Below the pieces are notes generated by a model. The model was not told the origin of the DNA. It saw nothing but the letters and a program-made list of their open reading frames with translations, and ran no database searches. Position numbers and translations under genes: made by a program. 64,000 nt of DNA from an uncultured Rikenellaceae bacterium. Its GTDB lineage: Bacteria; Bacteroidota; Bacteroidia; Bacteroidales; VadinHA17. Shown in pieces: positions 46,698 to 56,956 of the stretch. The DNA is taken from assembly GCA_964472085.1 (NCBI GenBank), contig CAYYIW010000012.1, forward strand, positions 29,753-93,752. Direction: 5' to 3'. Numbering within the stretch: position 1 is the stretch's first letter; every line of letters starts with the position of its first letter.

Positions 46698-48299
46698 CTA
46701 GTCATTTCCCAGTATATGGTTATAGACTTTTTTATCGGAGATAACGTTCAATGCTCTCTTTATAACTTTATCATCCTGGTTGACAATCTGAAAATACTCA
46801 TTTGTCTGCCATATATTAGTAGCCACAAGTGCCTTCAGTATAAGCAGCATTTCTTTTTTTGACTTATTAAACTGCTCCTCGTTATATTTTACACCATCAG
46901 CCTCTCCCTTGGCAATAAAAGCTTTAATGTCATCGGGGCTGAACTGGAAATTATCTTTGAAAGCCTCAAAGGTCGGATATTTAGCATTCAGCTCATTCCT
47001 GTTCCTGTCATAATATTCCAGTGTGAAAGTATTAAGTACATTATGTGCATAAAGCCTGTTGAAATATGGAGAGTTATACGTCGTGTCGACCGAGACAAAC
47101 ACATCTGGCATAATTCCTCCGCCTCCGTAAACGGGTCGCTTATTGATAAGGGTTTTATATTTCAGGGAGTCTTTATAATGTACACTGTCGGCAGACAGTA
47201 ATTCGCCATCTGTAAATCTCTTGTAGAAATTCTCCATATACTTGTCATAACCCTCATTATATGGTCTCTGTATACATCTTCCGGTAGGAGTATAATATCT
47301 TGCCACGGTCAGTCTTATCATTGAACCGTCATTAAGATAAAATCCGTTCTGGACCAGTCCCTTTCCAAATGTTCTCCTGCCCATAATAACACCGCGGTCC
47401 CAATCCTGTATGGCTCCTGCAAGTATCTCACTTGCCGAGGCAGATCCTTCATCGGTAAGGACAACCAGCCGGTCTGAAGACAGCATACCCGATCCCTGCG
47501 ATTTATAATCCTGGCGTGGCGTTTTACGTCCGACAAGATATACTATCAGCCTGGGATCTGCAAAGAACTTATCTGCCACAGCAGTAGCTGCCAGCATATA
47601 ACCACCTCCATTACCGCGAAGGTCAAGCACCAGGTTCTTCATATTCTGCTTCTTAAGCCGCTCAACAGCGTCAGTAAATTCTTTATCCGTTGTTGCAGCA
47701 AATTTATTAAGCTTGATATAGCCTGTCTCACCGTCCAGCATATATGCAGCATCGAGACTGTAAATAGGAATTTTATCTCTTATTATGGTGAATTCCAGGA
47801 GACCCTTTTGTCCCCTTCTTACGACAGACACATTAACTTTGGTACCTTTACGTCCCATAAGTCTGCTCCTCACTCCACTGGTAGATATTCCTATCCCGGC
47901 CACATTTTCACTGTCAATCCTTACAATTCTGTCTCCGGCTTTTATTCCTACCTTTTCGGCCGGACCATGAGCAATAGGTTCTATAACTATAATAGTATCG
48001 CGAAGAAGGTTAAACTGAATCCCGATACCTTCGAAGTTACCGTTCAGAGGTTCATTCATCTCCTTAACATCCTTTGCCGATATATATGTTGAATGTGGAT
48101 CAAGGTTTCTGAGAATCTCGATGATGGCTTTTTCCGCCAGCATGCTGTCATTTACCGTATCAACATAAAATGCATCTATAAGACTGAATGTTCTGTCAAT
48201 CTTAAAAGCACTCTCATTCAGCATCTGTGATGAGGCCTTTACTGAAAAGAGAGTTAAGGTCAGTATAAGGCCCGCCACATAAGCAATTTTTCTTTTCAT
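46698..48299 (-). CDS. S41-family C-terminal processing peptidase (PDZ-containing)
   Basis: PDZ segment GIKAGDRIVRID, tail-specific protease blocks LDLRGNGGGY and GSASASEI. The start is placed at MKRKIAYVAG (signal peptide). The track ORF adds 17 codons up to 48350. Confidence 0.85.
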   Translation of the reverse strand: MKRKIAYVAGLILTLTLFSVKASSQMLNESAFKIDRTFSLIDAFYVDTVNDSMLAEKAIIEILRNLDPHSTYISAKDVKEMNEPLNGNFEGIGIQFNLLRDTIIVIEPIAHGPAEKVGIKAGDRIVRIDSENVAGIGISTSGVRSRLMGRKGTKVNVSVVRRGQKGLLEFTIIRDKIPIYSLDAAYMLDGETGYIKLNKFAATTDKEFTDAVERLKKQNMKNLVLDLRGNGGGYMLAATAVADKFFADPRLIVYLVGRKTPRQDYKSQGSGMLSSDRLVVLTDEGSASASEILAGAIQDWDRGVIMGRRTFGKGLVQNGFYLNDGSMIRLTVARYYTPTGRCIQRPYNEGYDKYMENFYKRFTDGELLSADSVHYKDSLKYKTLINKRPVYGGGGIMPDVFVSVDTTYNSPYFNRLYAHNVLNTFTLEYYDRNRNELNAKYPTFEAFKDNFQFSPDDIKAFIAKGEADGVKYNEEQFNKSKKEMLLILKALVATNIWQTNEYFQIVNQDDKVIKRALNVISDKKVYNHILGND

Positions 48300-48459
48300 G
48301 ATCTTATTATTATTAATAGTATTTATTTCTCGAAGTTTTGTTTCCAGCAATAAGCTAATTCTATTTCCTGTATTATGTAAATATGCTTATTGTTTAACAA
48401 TTGGTATACATCATTGTTCTGAATATCATAAATACTAATCATTCCACCTGTCCTGGTTA

Positions 48460-49989
48460 CTATTCCCATTCTATTGTTGACGGCGGTTTGGAACTAATAT
48501 CATATACCACCCTGTTTATTCCTTTTACCCTGTTAATAATCTCATTTGACACCATCCCCAGGAACTCGTAAGGAAGATGTGACCAGTCGGCCGTCATCCC
48601 GTCAGTAGAACCCACAGCCCTGAGCACAACTGCATTTTCATAGGTACGCTCATCACCCATCACTCCCACTGACTGCACCGGTAACATAATAACACCGGCC
48701 TGCCATACCTTATCATATAATCCGTGTTTCTTAAGTCCTTCAATAAAAATGCTGTCAGCTTCCTTAAGGATCTCAAGCTTATCTTTTGTTAGTTTTCCAA
48801 GTAATCTGATTGCCAGTCCCGGACCCGGGAAGGGATGTCTTCCGAGTATATTTTCCGGAATATCAAGAGTTCTTCCCACTTTTCTTACCTCATCCTTGAA
48901 GAGGAGACGAAGAGGTTCAACTACCTTGAGATGCATTTTCTCCGGCAGTCCCCCCACATTATGATGTGATTTAATAGTGGCAGACGGACCGTTTACGGAA
49001 ACAGACTCTATAACATCGGGGTAAATTGTTCCCTGAGCCAGCCACTTCACATCCTTTACTTTTTTTGCTTCTTCGTCGAATACTTCAATAAAGACACGTC
49101 CGATAATCTTACGTTTTGTTTCTGGATCACTTACGCCTTCAAGCTGATCGAGAAACCTTGAGGATGCATCCACACCTACGACATTCAGGCCCATTCCCAG
49201 GTAGGATTCCAGCACCTGGGGGAATTCATTTTTTCTCAGGAGTCCGTTGTCAACGAAAATACAGGTAAGGTTACTGCCTATTGCCCTGTTTAAGAGGGAT
49301 GCAGCTACAGTCGAGTCAACCCCTCCCGATAATCCGAGTATTACATTGTCGTCTCCCAGCTGTTTCTTTAATGCCTCAATTGTTGATCCGGCAAATGAAT
49401 CGGGCGTCCAGTCCTTTTTGCAGCCACATATGCTTACGACAAAATTCTCAAGCATACGTTTTCCCTCCACAGTATGGTATACCTCCGGATGAAACTGGAT
49501 ACCCCATGTATTCTCTCCCTTTATATGATAAGCTCCTGCCTTAACATCAGAGGTCGATCCGGTTATTTCATAACCCTCGGGAAGTCTTTCTATTGTATCG
49601 GCATGTGACATCCAAACCTGGGTACCGGGAGTAACATTCCTGAACAACGGATCTTTATCATCCAGGGAAACAAGGTTAGCTCTGCCATACTCGCGATATT
49701 TTGAAGGCAGGACTTCCCCTCCGTAATTATGAACAAGATGCTGGGCTCCGTAGCAAACTCCCAGGAGCGGCACTTTGCCTTTAATACTCTCCAGGTCCGG
49801 TACCGGGGCATTATTGTCCCTTACCGATGCCGGACTGCCTGACAATATGACTCCTCTTACGCCGTTATCGGGTTTGGGGAAGTGATTATATGGATATATT
49901 TCACAGTAAACATTTATCTCCCTTATTCGTCTGGCTATAAGCTGAGTATACTGTGATCCGAAATCGAGTATTATAATTTTCTCCTGCAA
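48460..49989 (-). CDS. guaA: GMP synthase (glutamine-hydrolysing)
   Basis: 509 aa. GATase (LGVCYGAQ), ATP-PPase SGGVDS and the C-terminal dimerisation domain ending PPSTIEWE. The start codon is TTG. Confidence 0.97.
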   Translation of the reverse strand: MQEKIIILDFGSQYTQLIARRIREINVYCEIYPYNHFPKPDNGVRGVILSGSPASVRDNNAPVPDLESIKGKVPLLGVCYGAQHLVHNYGGEVLPSKYREYGRANLVSLDDKDPLFRNVTPGTQVWMSHADTIERLPEGYEITGSTSDVKAGAYHIKGENTWGIQFHPEVYHTVEGKRMLENFVVSICGCKKDWTPDSFAGSTIEALKKQLGDDNVILGLSGGVDSTVAASLLNRAIGSNLTCIFVDNGLLRKNEFPQVLESYLGMGLNVVGVDASSRFLDQLEGVSDPETKRKIIGRVFIEVFDEEAKKVKDVKWLAQGTIYPDVIESVSVNGPSATIKSHHNVGGLPEKMHLKVVEPLRLLFKDEVRKVGRTLDIPENILGRHPFPGPGLAIRLLGKLTKDKLEILKEADSIFIEGLKKHGLYDKVWQAGVIMLPVQSVGVMGDERTYENAVVLRAVGSTDGMTADWSHLPYEFLGMVSNEIINRVKGINRVVYDISSKPPSTIEWE

Positions 49990-50011
49990 GGCTCTCCGTT
50001 TAAAATAGTGA

Positions 50012-50019
50012 CAAAGATA
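50012..50019 (-). promoter_or_regulatory. Bacteroidota -7 box (TAnnTTTG) upstream of guaA
   Basis: The minus strand reads TATCTTTG, 23 nt upstream of the guaA start at 49989. Confidence 0.4.
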
Positions 50020-50030
50020 AGTATTCTTTA

Positions 50031-50966
50031 TTAAGGTGCAGCAATTTTGCCTATATCATAGCTCTTACCATCTACAGCAGCATACGACCCGGGAAAGACC
50101 TCCCTCGATTCAGCAACGAGCATTGATACATTTTTATACCTTGCTGAGAAATGTCCTATTATAAGACTTCCTGCTCCTGCCCTGAGAGCGGTCCTTGCTG
50201 CATCAATGGTTGTGGAATGACCTGTTGTGGTTGCAAGATCCTGCTTTGTTTTATCAAATGTAGCCTCATGATACAGTACCGTAACTCCTTTTACAAATGA
50301 AGACAGCCTCCGGAAGTATTTTGTATCGCTGCAATATGCATATGACAATGGTGCAGGAGGATCAATTGTCAGTTCCCTGTTCCGGACAACTTTTCCTGAA
50401 GGTAACACAAAGTCTTCACCTTCCTTAATGGCAGGTATCTTTACTGTGGGTATCTGGTATTCCTCAATTTTTTCCCTGATAATATTTCTTAATGCCGGCT
50501 TCTCCCTGAAGAGAAAGCCATATGCCGGGATCCTGTGCTGAAGTGGGAAGGAGGTTACAGTTAAGTATTTATCATTAAGAATTTCCACAGGGTCTTTACC
50601 TGAGAGTGGAACGAAATTTATTTCAAAGCCAAGCCTGATATCAAAATCGCTTAGATGGGAATCAAGAATAGCCATATAGTTTTCGGGAGCATAGAGATGG
50701 AGACATGTTGTTCTGCCCATAAGACTGAATGTTGAAAGAAGGCCGTATAAGCCGAAAACATGGTCGCCATGAAGATGACTTATAAAAATATGATTTAACC
50801 GGCCAAACCTGATCCTGTTTTTCCTCAACTGCATCTGGGTTCCTTCACCGCAGTCTATTAAAAATAAACGCTCATGTGCTTTAAGCACATGAGCGCTGGG
50901 ATATCTTTCTGATGTTGGCAATGCAGAACTGCTACCCAATATGGTCAGTGTCATTGCGCTCTGCAA
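50031..50966 (-). CDS. rnz: ribonuclease Z (metallo-beta-lactamase fold)
   Basis: 311 aa. [10 protein letters not shown], the HLHGDH motif and a C-terminal GHFS. The start may be MTLTILG at 50954. Confidence 0.85.
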   Translation of the reverse strand: MQSAMTLTILGSSSALPTSERYPSAHVLKAHERLFLIDCGEGTQMQLRKNRIRFGRLNHIFISHLHGDHVFGLYGLLSTFSLMGRTTCLHLYAPENYMAILDSHLSDFDIRLGFEINFVPLSGKDPVEILNDKYLTVTSFPLQHRIPAYGFLFREKPALRNIIREKIEEYQIPTVKIPAIKEGEDFVLPSGKVVRNRELTIDPPAPLSYAYCSDTKYFRRLSSFVKGVTVLYHEATFDKTKQDLATTTGHSTTIDAARTALRAGAGSLIIGHFSARYKNVSMLVAESREVFPGSYAAVDGKSYDIGKIAAP

Positions 50967-50977
50967 AACAGTCTTAA

Positions 50978-51316
50978 TTAAGATATCATCTTCTCAGCAT
51001 CATCGACAGAAACTGTTATTGTCAGGACCGTATCGAGCTGAGAAATTGTAATAAGACGTTCCACTGCCTCATTAAGGCCGCAAAGAACGAAGGTTCCACC
51101 CGCATTTTTGCAAAGCCTGTTGGCTACTAATATTGCACTCAATCCAGATGAATCACAGTACTGGCACTTCTCAAGGTCAAGGATAATGTTTTTCTCTCCC
51201 TTACCTGATACGAGTACAAGCTCTGATTTAAGGGCAGGAGCTATATGGGTATCTAGCTTTTCTGACTGTATCTGGATAACAGTGCTGTTATTCCGGCTCT
51301 CAATATTAAAATCCAT
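50978..51316 (-). CDS. STAS-domain protein (anti-sigma-factor antagonist family)
   Basis: 112 aa. Canonical CDSSGLS motif (Ser56/57). Sits between rpsA (38-nt gap) and rnz (11-nt gap). Confidence 0.8.
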   Translation of the reverse strand: MDFNIESRNNSTVIQIQSEKLDTHIAPALKSELVLVSGKGEKNIILDLEKCQYCDSSGLSAILVANRLCKNAGGTFVLCGLNEAVERLITISQLDTVLTITVSVDDAEKMIS

Positions 51317-51354
51317 AATTATAATTTTTGATAGCCTAAATTTAACATATTTTT

Positions 51355-53724
51355 CTATTTTTTGGAAGCTTTATTCTCTTTTTCTTCCATTTCTTCTTTT
51401 AAGGCTGCAAGATCAGAAATATCTCCAAGGGTAGTCTTTTCAGCAGCAGGCTTCTGCTTCCTTGATGCTTTCTTCGGAGCAGCTTTTTCCACTGTATCTG
51501 CTGATGACTCAGCTGCTTTCCTTTCATCCTCGTATACCCTGCTGTGAGATACTATAATCTTTTTGGCTGACTTATTGAACTCAATTACTTTGAACATTAA
51601 TTTTTCGTCAACCTTTGCCATTGTACCATCTTCCTTAACAAGATGCTTAGGCGTGACAAAGCCTTCAACACCATAAGGCAGAGCAATTACGGCACCCTTG
51701 TCAAACACTTCCATAACAGTACCTTCATGAATTGAATCGACAACAAAAAGGTTCTCAAATACATCCCATGGATTTTCCTCAAGCTGCTTATGCCCCAGGC
51801 TAAGTCGCCTGTTTTCTTTATCAATCTCAAGAACGACAACCTCGATTTCGGCATCTATTGAAGTAAATTCAGCCGGATGCTTGATTTTCTTGGTCCATGA
51901 AAGATCTGAAATATGAATAAGTCCGTCGACACCTTCTTCTATTTCAACAAACACACCAAAATTGGTAAAGTTCCTTACTTTGGCCATATGCCTTGAACCT
52001 ACTGTATATTTCTCATCAATATTCTGCCAAGGATCCGGTTTAAGCTGCTTAATCCCAAGTGACATTTTCCTTTCATTCCTGTCAAGTGTGAGTATCACTG
52101 CTTCCACTTCGTCACCCACTTTCAGGAACTCCTGTGCACTCCTGAGGTGCTGCGACCATGACATTTCGGAAACATGTATCAGACCTTCAACCCCGGGAGC
52201 TATCTCTACAAATGCTCCATAATCGGCCATCACGACAACTTTCCCCTTAACCTTGTCTCCAACCTTAAGATCGGGATCAACAGAATCCCATGGATGAGGT
52301 GTAAGCTGTTTAAGACCCAGTGCGATACGTTTTTTATCATCATCAAAGTCGAGTATAACGACATTGAGTTTCTGATCAAGCTGTACAATTTCTTCAGGAT
52401 GATTTACCCTGCCCCATGACAGATCCGTGATATGAATAAGTCCATCCACACCTCCAAGATCGATGAATACTCCGTACGAGGTAATATTCTTGACGGTTCC
52501 TTCAAGAACCTGGCCTTTCTCCAGTTTTGCAATAATTTCTTTCTTTTGCTGTTCAAGTTCAGCTTCGATAAGAGCCTTGTGTGATACAACAACGTTTTTA
52601 AACTCCTGGTTTATCTTGACAACCTTGAATTCCATTGTTTTGCCCACGAAAACATCATAATCGCGAATAGGTTTTACATCTATCTGTGAACCGGGCAGGA
52701 AGGCCTCTATCCCAAATACATCCACAATCATACCACCCTTTGTGCGACATTTGATGTATCCTGTGATGATCTCATCTTTATCAAGAGATGCATTAACCCT
52801 GTCCCAGGAATTAATGGCACGGGCCTTTTTGTGCGAAAGCAACAACTGGCCTTTTTTGTCTTCCTGGCTTTCCACATAAACTTCAACCTGGTCACCCACC
52901 TTCAGGCCTGGATTATATCGAAATTCGTTAAGGCTGACAACACCTTCGGATTTGTACCCAATATTAATAACAACTTCACGTGATGTCATTTGAATCACTG
53001 TTCCCATTACCACTTCATCAACTGCAACTGTTGACAGAGTCTCATCATAAAGTGATTCGTATTCTTTATATTTCGGAGAGTTTTTGGTCTCTTCACTTTC
53101 AAAAGCATCCCAGTCAAAATCATCGGGTGATGCGGGACTGGCATTGCTGGCTAACACATCTTCCTGCTGAGGCTCAGCGACTTGCTTCCTGTTCTCCTTC
53201 CTGTCAGGTCCCATGCCATAATCTTCGGCAGTTACCTCCTCTTTAACTTCTTTCTTTTCAGGCTTTTCTTCAGCAATTACCTCTTCCGGAGTACTTTTTT
53301 CCTCATCTTTTACCTCTTTAACCTCAGCTTTTTCTTCTGTTTTCTCTTCAGCCTTTGCTTTTGATTTTTCTTCTTTCTTCTCTTCTGTCTTTTCTTCTGC
53401 CTTTTCTTCAGCTTTTGCCTCAGTTTTTTCTTCTGTCTTTGCTTCAGCCTCTGGTTCAGTTTTTGACTCAGCTTTTTCTTCTGCCTTTGCTTCAGCCTCT
53501 GGTTCAGTTTTTGACCCAGCTTTTTCTTCTGCCTTTGCTTCAGTACTTTGATTTTCTTCAGTTTTTTCCACCGGCTCAGCTTCAGATTCAGCAGTTTCTC
53601 CAGCTTTTGTTACTGCCTGTACTTCAGTTGCTTCCCGGGCAGTCACTTCATTTCCCTGGTTATCCTGAGGTTCGTTGTCGACATCAACCTGATCTGTGGT
53701 TGTTTTCTTTTTGCTTTCTGTCAT
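51355..53724 (-). CDS. rpsA: 30S ribosomal protein S1, ORF carrying a roughly 200-codon acidic low-complexity N-terminal tract
   Basis: 789-codon ORF. Six S1/OB repeats run from about aa 235 to 745 (GTVI..., GYIKC..., GTVKNITSYGVFIDL, GKVVVMADYGAFVEI, AKVRNFTNFGVFVEI, GTVMEV...). The conserved DFDWDAF segment is at aa 202. An internal Met171 (53214) is an alternative start. Confidence 0.9.
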   Translation of the reverse strand: MTESKKKTTTDQVDVDNEPQDNQGNEVTAREATEVQAVTKAGETAESEAEPVEKTEENQSTEAKAEEKAGSKTEPEAEAKAEEKAESKTEPEAEAKTEEKTEAKAEEKAEEKTEEKKEEKSKAKAEEKTEEKAEVKEVKDEEKSTPEEVIAEEKPEKKEVKEEVTAEDYGMGPDRKENRKQVAEPQQEDVLASNASPASPDDFDWDAFESEETKNSPKYKEYESLYDETLSTVAVDEVVMGTVIQMTSREVVINIGYKSEGVVSLNEFRYNPGLKVGDQVEVYVESQEDKKGQLLLSHKKARAINSWDRVNASLDKDEIITGYIKCRTKGGMIVDVFGIEAFLPGSQIDVKPIRDYDVFVGKTMEFKVVKINQEFKNVVVSHKALIEAELEQQKKEIIAKLEKGQVLEGTVKNITSYGVFIDLGGVDGLIHITDLSWGRVNHPEEIVQLDQKLNVVILDFDDDKKRIALGLKQLTPHPWDSVDPDLKVGDKVKGKVVVMADYGAFVEIAPGVEGLIHVSEMSWSQHLRSAQEFLKVGDEVEAVILTLDRNERKMSLGIKQLKPDPWQNIDEKYTVGSRHMAKVRNFTNFGVFVEIEEGVDGLIHISDLSWTKKIKHPAEFTSIDAEIEVVVLEIDKENRRLSLGHKQLEENPWDVFENLFVVDSIHEGTVMEVFDKGAVIALPYGVEGFVTPKHLVKEDGTMAKVDEKLMFKVIEFNKSAKKIIVSHSRVYEDERKAAESSADTVEKAAPKKASRKQKPAAEKTTLGDISDLAALKEEMEEKENKASKK
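53441..53543. repeat. 48-nt tandem repeat (2 near-identical units plus a partial third) in the 5' part of the rpsA ORF
   Basis: Units 53441-53488 and 53489-53536 differ at 1 of 48 positions. Each encodes KAEEKA(E/G)SKTEPEAEA on the minus strand. More degenerate copies flank them. Confidence 0.9.
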
Positions 53725-53787
53725 AATTTTAAATTAAAAGAACTAATAATTAATAAGTTAGACATTATTTTGTTGAAAAATTGGTTG

Positions 53788-53795
53788 CAAATATA
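53788..53795 (-). promoter_or_regulatory. Bacteroidota -7 box (TAnnTTTG) upstream of the long rpsA ORF
   Basis: The minus strand reads TATATTTG, 64 nt upstream of the ATG at 53724. Confidence 0.4.
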
Positions 53796-54021
53796 TGATT
53801 TTTTTTAGAATCCCCCTAACAAACCATAGATTTTCATAAGGTTAAATAGCCTTTCAAAATACGTCAGACGGAGGCCGGAAAACAAAATCGCAAATCCTTC
53901 AACTGCACCCGGCAGGTGATCTATGAAATCGGTACATAATTCTCAAAACAAGAAGCAAAAATATGAGTTAAATGGCATGCCCTGATAATATCTTTTCATT
54001 TTCGTATTTAACATGTTATAT

Positions 54022-54043
54022 TATCTTTGCATGACTATGTTTG
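54022..54043 (+). promoter_or_regulatory. two tandem Bacteroidota -7 boxes (TAnnTTTG) upstream of ugd
   Basis: TATCTTTG (54022-54029) and TATGTTTG (54036-54043), 21-42 nt upstream of the ATG at 54064. Confidence 0.4.
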
Positions 54044-54063
54044 AATAATTCATTTTATAATAT

Positions 54064-55380
54064 ATGAAGATAGCTGTTATTGGTTCAGGTTACGTTGGAT
54101 TGGTCACCGGAGCATGTTTTGCCGAAAGTGGGGCCAGTGTTGTTTGTGTTGATAATGATGAAGTCAAAACTGAACAACTTATAAAAGGGGATATACCCAT
54201 CTATGAACCCGGACTTGAAGCCCTTATAAATAGGAATGTCATCAAGAAAAGACTTTTCTTCACATCAGAAATTCAAGATGCCACCGATGGCGCTGAAGTT
54301 ATATTCATAGCTGTGGGAACTCCCCCCGGAGAAGACGGATCTGCTGATCTGACTCATGTACTGGCTGTAGCCCGCGACATAGGCAAATCGCTTTCACAAT
54401 ATTGTGTGGTAGTCACCAAAAGCACTGTACCGGTAGGGACATCTGAAAAAGTCCGTACGGTGATCATTGAAGAGCTGAGGAGAAGAAAAGTATCTGTTCC
54501 GTTCGATGTTGCATCCAATCCTGAATTTCTTAAAGAGGGTGCTGCTGTGGAAGACTTTCTTAAACCTGAAAGGATAGTAGTAGGAACTGATACTGAAAGG
54601 GCAATGGAATTAATGAGGAAGCTTTATCTTCCTTTTGTCCTTAATAATCATCCAATCCTATTCATGGATATCCCATCTGCTGAAATAACCAAATATGCTG
54701 CTAATGCAATGCTTGCTACCAGGATTAGTTTTATAAACGAAATAGCCAATCTGTGCGATATACTTGGGGCAGATATAAATTCAGTTAGAAAAGGCATTGG
54801 TAGTGACTCGAGGATAGGAAGTAAATTCATGTATCCCGGCACAGGTTATGGAGGTTCATGTTTCCCGAAGGATATTAAAGCTATAATTAAAACAGCAGCC
54901 GATAACGGATATGAGCTTAATGTTATTAAGGCTGTGGAGAAAGCCAATGAGTTGCAGAAGAACGTCATTCTCAATAAAATGCTTGGCTATTTTAATAATG
55001 ATCTTAATAACAGGTTAATAGGCATATGGGGATTATCATTCAAACCAAAGACCGATGATATCAGGGAGGCATCCTCTATTTATCTTATAAACAAATTATT
55101 AGGGAAAGGTGTCAGGATACGGGCATATGACCCTGCAGCAATGGAAGAGACCAGAAGGCTTCTTGGAGACAGAATTGAATATGCTTCTGATCCCTATGAG
55201 GTGGTTGCCGGTGCTGATGCCCTGGCCCTGATGACAGAATGGTCGGAGTTCCATCTGCCCGATTTCGTAAAGCTTGCAGGGCTAATGAAAAATAAGGTTA
55301 TTTTTGACGGAAGGAATATTTATAACCCTGATGAACTAAAGAAACTGGGTTTTAAATACTTTGGCATCGGGCGCAGGTAA
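54064..55380 (+). CDS. ugd: UDP-glucose 6-dehydrogenase
   Basis: 438 aa. Rossmann IAVIGSGYVGLV and the catalytic Cys context GYGGSCFPKD. Confidence 0.9.
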   Translation: MKIAVIGSGYVGLVTGACFAESGASVVCVDNDEVKTEQLIKGDIPIYEPGLEALINRNVIKKRLFFTSEIQDATDGAEVIFIAVGTPPGEDGSADLTHVLAVARDIGKSLSQYCVVVTKSTVPVGTSEKVRTVIIEELRRRKVSVPFDVASNPEFLKEGAAVEDFLKPERIVVGTDTERAMELMRKLYLPFVLNNHPILFMDIPSAEITKYAANAMLATRISFINEIANLCDILGADINSVRKGIGSDSRIGSKFMYPGTGYGGSCFPKDIKAIIKTAADNGYELNVIKAVEKANELQKNVILNKMLGYFNNDLNNRLIGIWGLSFKPKTDDIREASSIYLINKLLGKGVRIRAYDPAAMEETRRLLGDRIEYASDPYEVVAGADALALMTEWSEFHLPDFVKLAGLMKNKVIFDGRNIYNPDELKKLGFKYFGIGRR

Positions 55381-55489
55381 CGGATATAACGGTTGGTTGA
55401 CAAAATGTAACAGGTTATTGAATAATACAACCTATATTCATATAAAGCAGATTTAAATTGAATATTATTATTTCTTAAAAAATAAACCC

Positions 55490-56383
55490 ATGAAAGGCAT
55501 TATTCTCGCAGGGGGCTCAGGAACAAGGCTTCACCCGATAACAAGTGCTATATCCAAACAGATGTTGCCGGTATATGACAAGCCAATGATTTATTATCCC
55601 CTGTCAGCCCTGATGCTTGCAGGTATTCGCGATATACTGGTAATATCAACGCCACGTGATCTTCCAGGATTCAGGGACCTTCTGGGAGATGGTCATGATC
55701 TCGGATTGAGATTCAGCTTCAGGGAGCAGCCTTCACCCGATGGACTTGCCCAGGCATTCATAATAGGGGAGGAATTTATAGGTGATGATCCCGTCTGCAT
55801 GATACTGGGAGATAACATATTTTACGGCCACGGTTTCGGAGATGTACTGCTAAAAACGGCGGAACTGAAGAAGGGAGCATGCATTTTCGGTTATTATGTC
55901 AACGATCCCGAACGCTACGGCGTGGTTGAATTTGATAAACACAAAAAAGTTACCAGTATCGAGGAAAAACCTGTAAAGCCGAAATCGAATTTTGCAGTAA
56001 CCGGGTTGTATTTCTACGACAATACTGTCGTTGAAAAGGCAAAGTCACTTAAGCCATCAGCAAGAGGAGAACTTGAGATCACGGATCTTAACAGGCTCTT
56101 CCTTCAGGAAGGCAGTCTTGAGATCAACCTTATGGGAAGAGGTATGGCATGGCTTGATACAGGTACATATGAAAGTCTGCTGCAGGCAGCCAATTTCATT
56201 GCCACACTTGAGCAGCGCCAGGGTCTGAAGGCATCCTGTATTGAAGAAATAGCATATAAACGGGGATATATCGACAAGGAACAGCTGATAGAACTTGCCC
56301 AGCCTATCAAGAAAAGCCAGTATGGGAAATATCTTCTGAGAATAGCCTCTGAAGAGATAATTATTTTTGATGGTATAAAATAA
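55490..56383 (+). CDS. rfbA: glucose-1-phosphate thymidylyltransferase
   Basis: 297 aa. [34 protein letters not shown] and LGDNIFYG. Confidence 0.95.
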   Translation: MKGIILAGGSGTRLHPITSAISKQMLPVYDKPMIYYPLSALMLAGIRDILVISTPRDLPGFRDLLGDGHDLGLRFSFREQPSPDGLAQAFIIGEEFIGDDPVCMILGDNIFYGHGFGDVLLKTAELKKGACIFGYYVNDPERYGVVEFDKHKKVTSIEEKPVKPKSNFAVTGLYFYDNTVVEKAKSLKPSARGELEITDLNRLFLQEGSLEINLMGRGMAWLDTGTYESLLQAANFIATLEQRQGLKASCIEEIAYKRGYIDKEQLIELAQPIKKSQYGKYLLRIASEEIIIFDGIK

Positions 56384-56387
56384 TTGC

Positions 56388-56945
56388 ATGGCAGGAATGG
56401 AAATTATAAAAACTGAACTCAAGGATCTCCTGGTAATTAAAGCAAAAGTTTTTAACGATGCGAGGGGTTATTTTTTCGAAAGTTATAATCAGTCTGAACT
56501 GACCGGTGCCGGAATTTCATTCTCACCTGTCCAGGATAACGAATCAAAGTCCTCTAAAGGAGTAATAAGGGGTTTGCATTACCAGCTGAATCCATATGCC
56601 CAGTCAAAACTGATAAGAGTTATCCTGGGGAAGATTTATGATATTGCCCTTGATATCAGAAGGAATTCGCCAACCTTCGGTAAATGGTTTGGCATTGAAC
56701 TTGATTCCGTATCCAAGGACCAGTTGTTTATTCCGAAAGGCTTTGCACATGGCTTCTCAGTGTTGAGCGATTTTGCCATAATAGCATATAAATGCGACAA
56801 TTTTTATAATCCTAAATATGAAAGAGGTATATCATTGCACGATCCCGAAGTGAATATAGACTGGAAACTTGGGATCCACACTCCCCTGATAAGTGATAAG
56901 GATATGAAAAATCCATTATTGAAATATGCTGAGATGAACTTTTAA
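56388..56945 (+). CDS. rfbC: dTDP-4-dehydrorhamnose 3,5-epimerase
   Basis: 185 aa. RGLHYQ, KLIRV and GFAHGF blocks. The start may be MEIIKTEL at 56397. Confidence 0.93.
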   Translation: MAGMEIIKTELKDLLVIKAKVFNDARGYFFESYNQSELTGAGISFSPVQDNESKSSKGVIRGLHYQLNPYAQSKLIRVILGKIYDIALDIRRNSPTFGKWFGIELDSVSKDQLFIPKGFAHGFSVLSDFAIIAYKCDNFYNPKYERGISLHDPEVNIDWKLGIHTPLISDKDMKNPLLKYAEMNF

Positions 56946-56956
56946 TACTTGATTTT

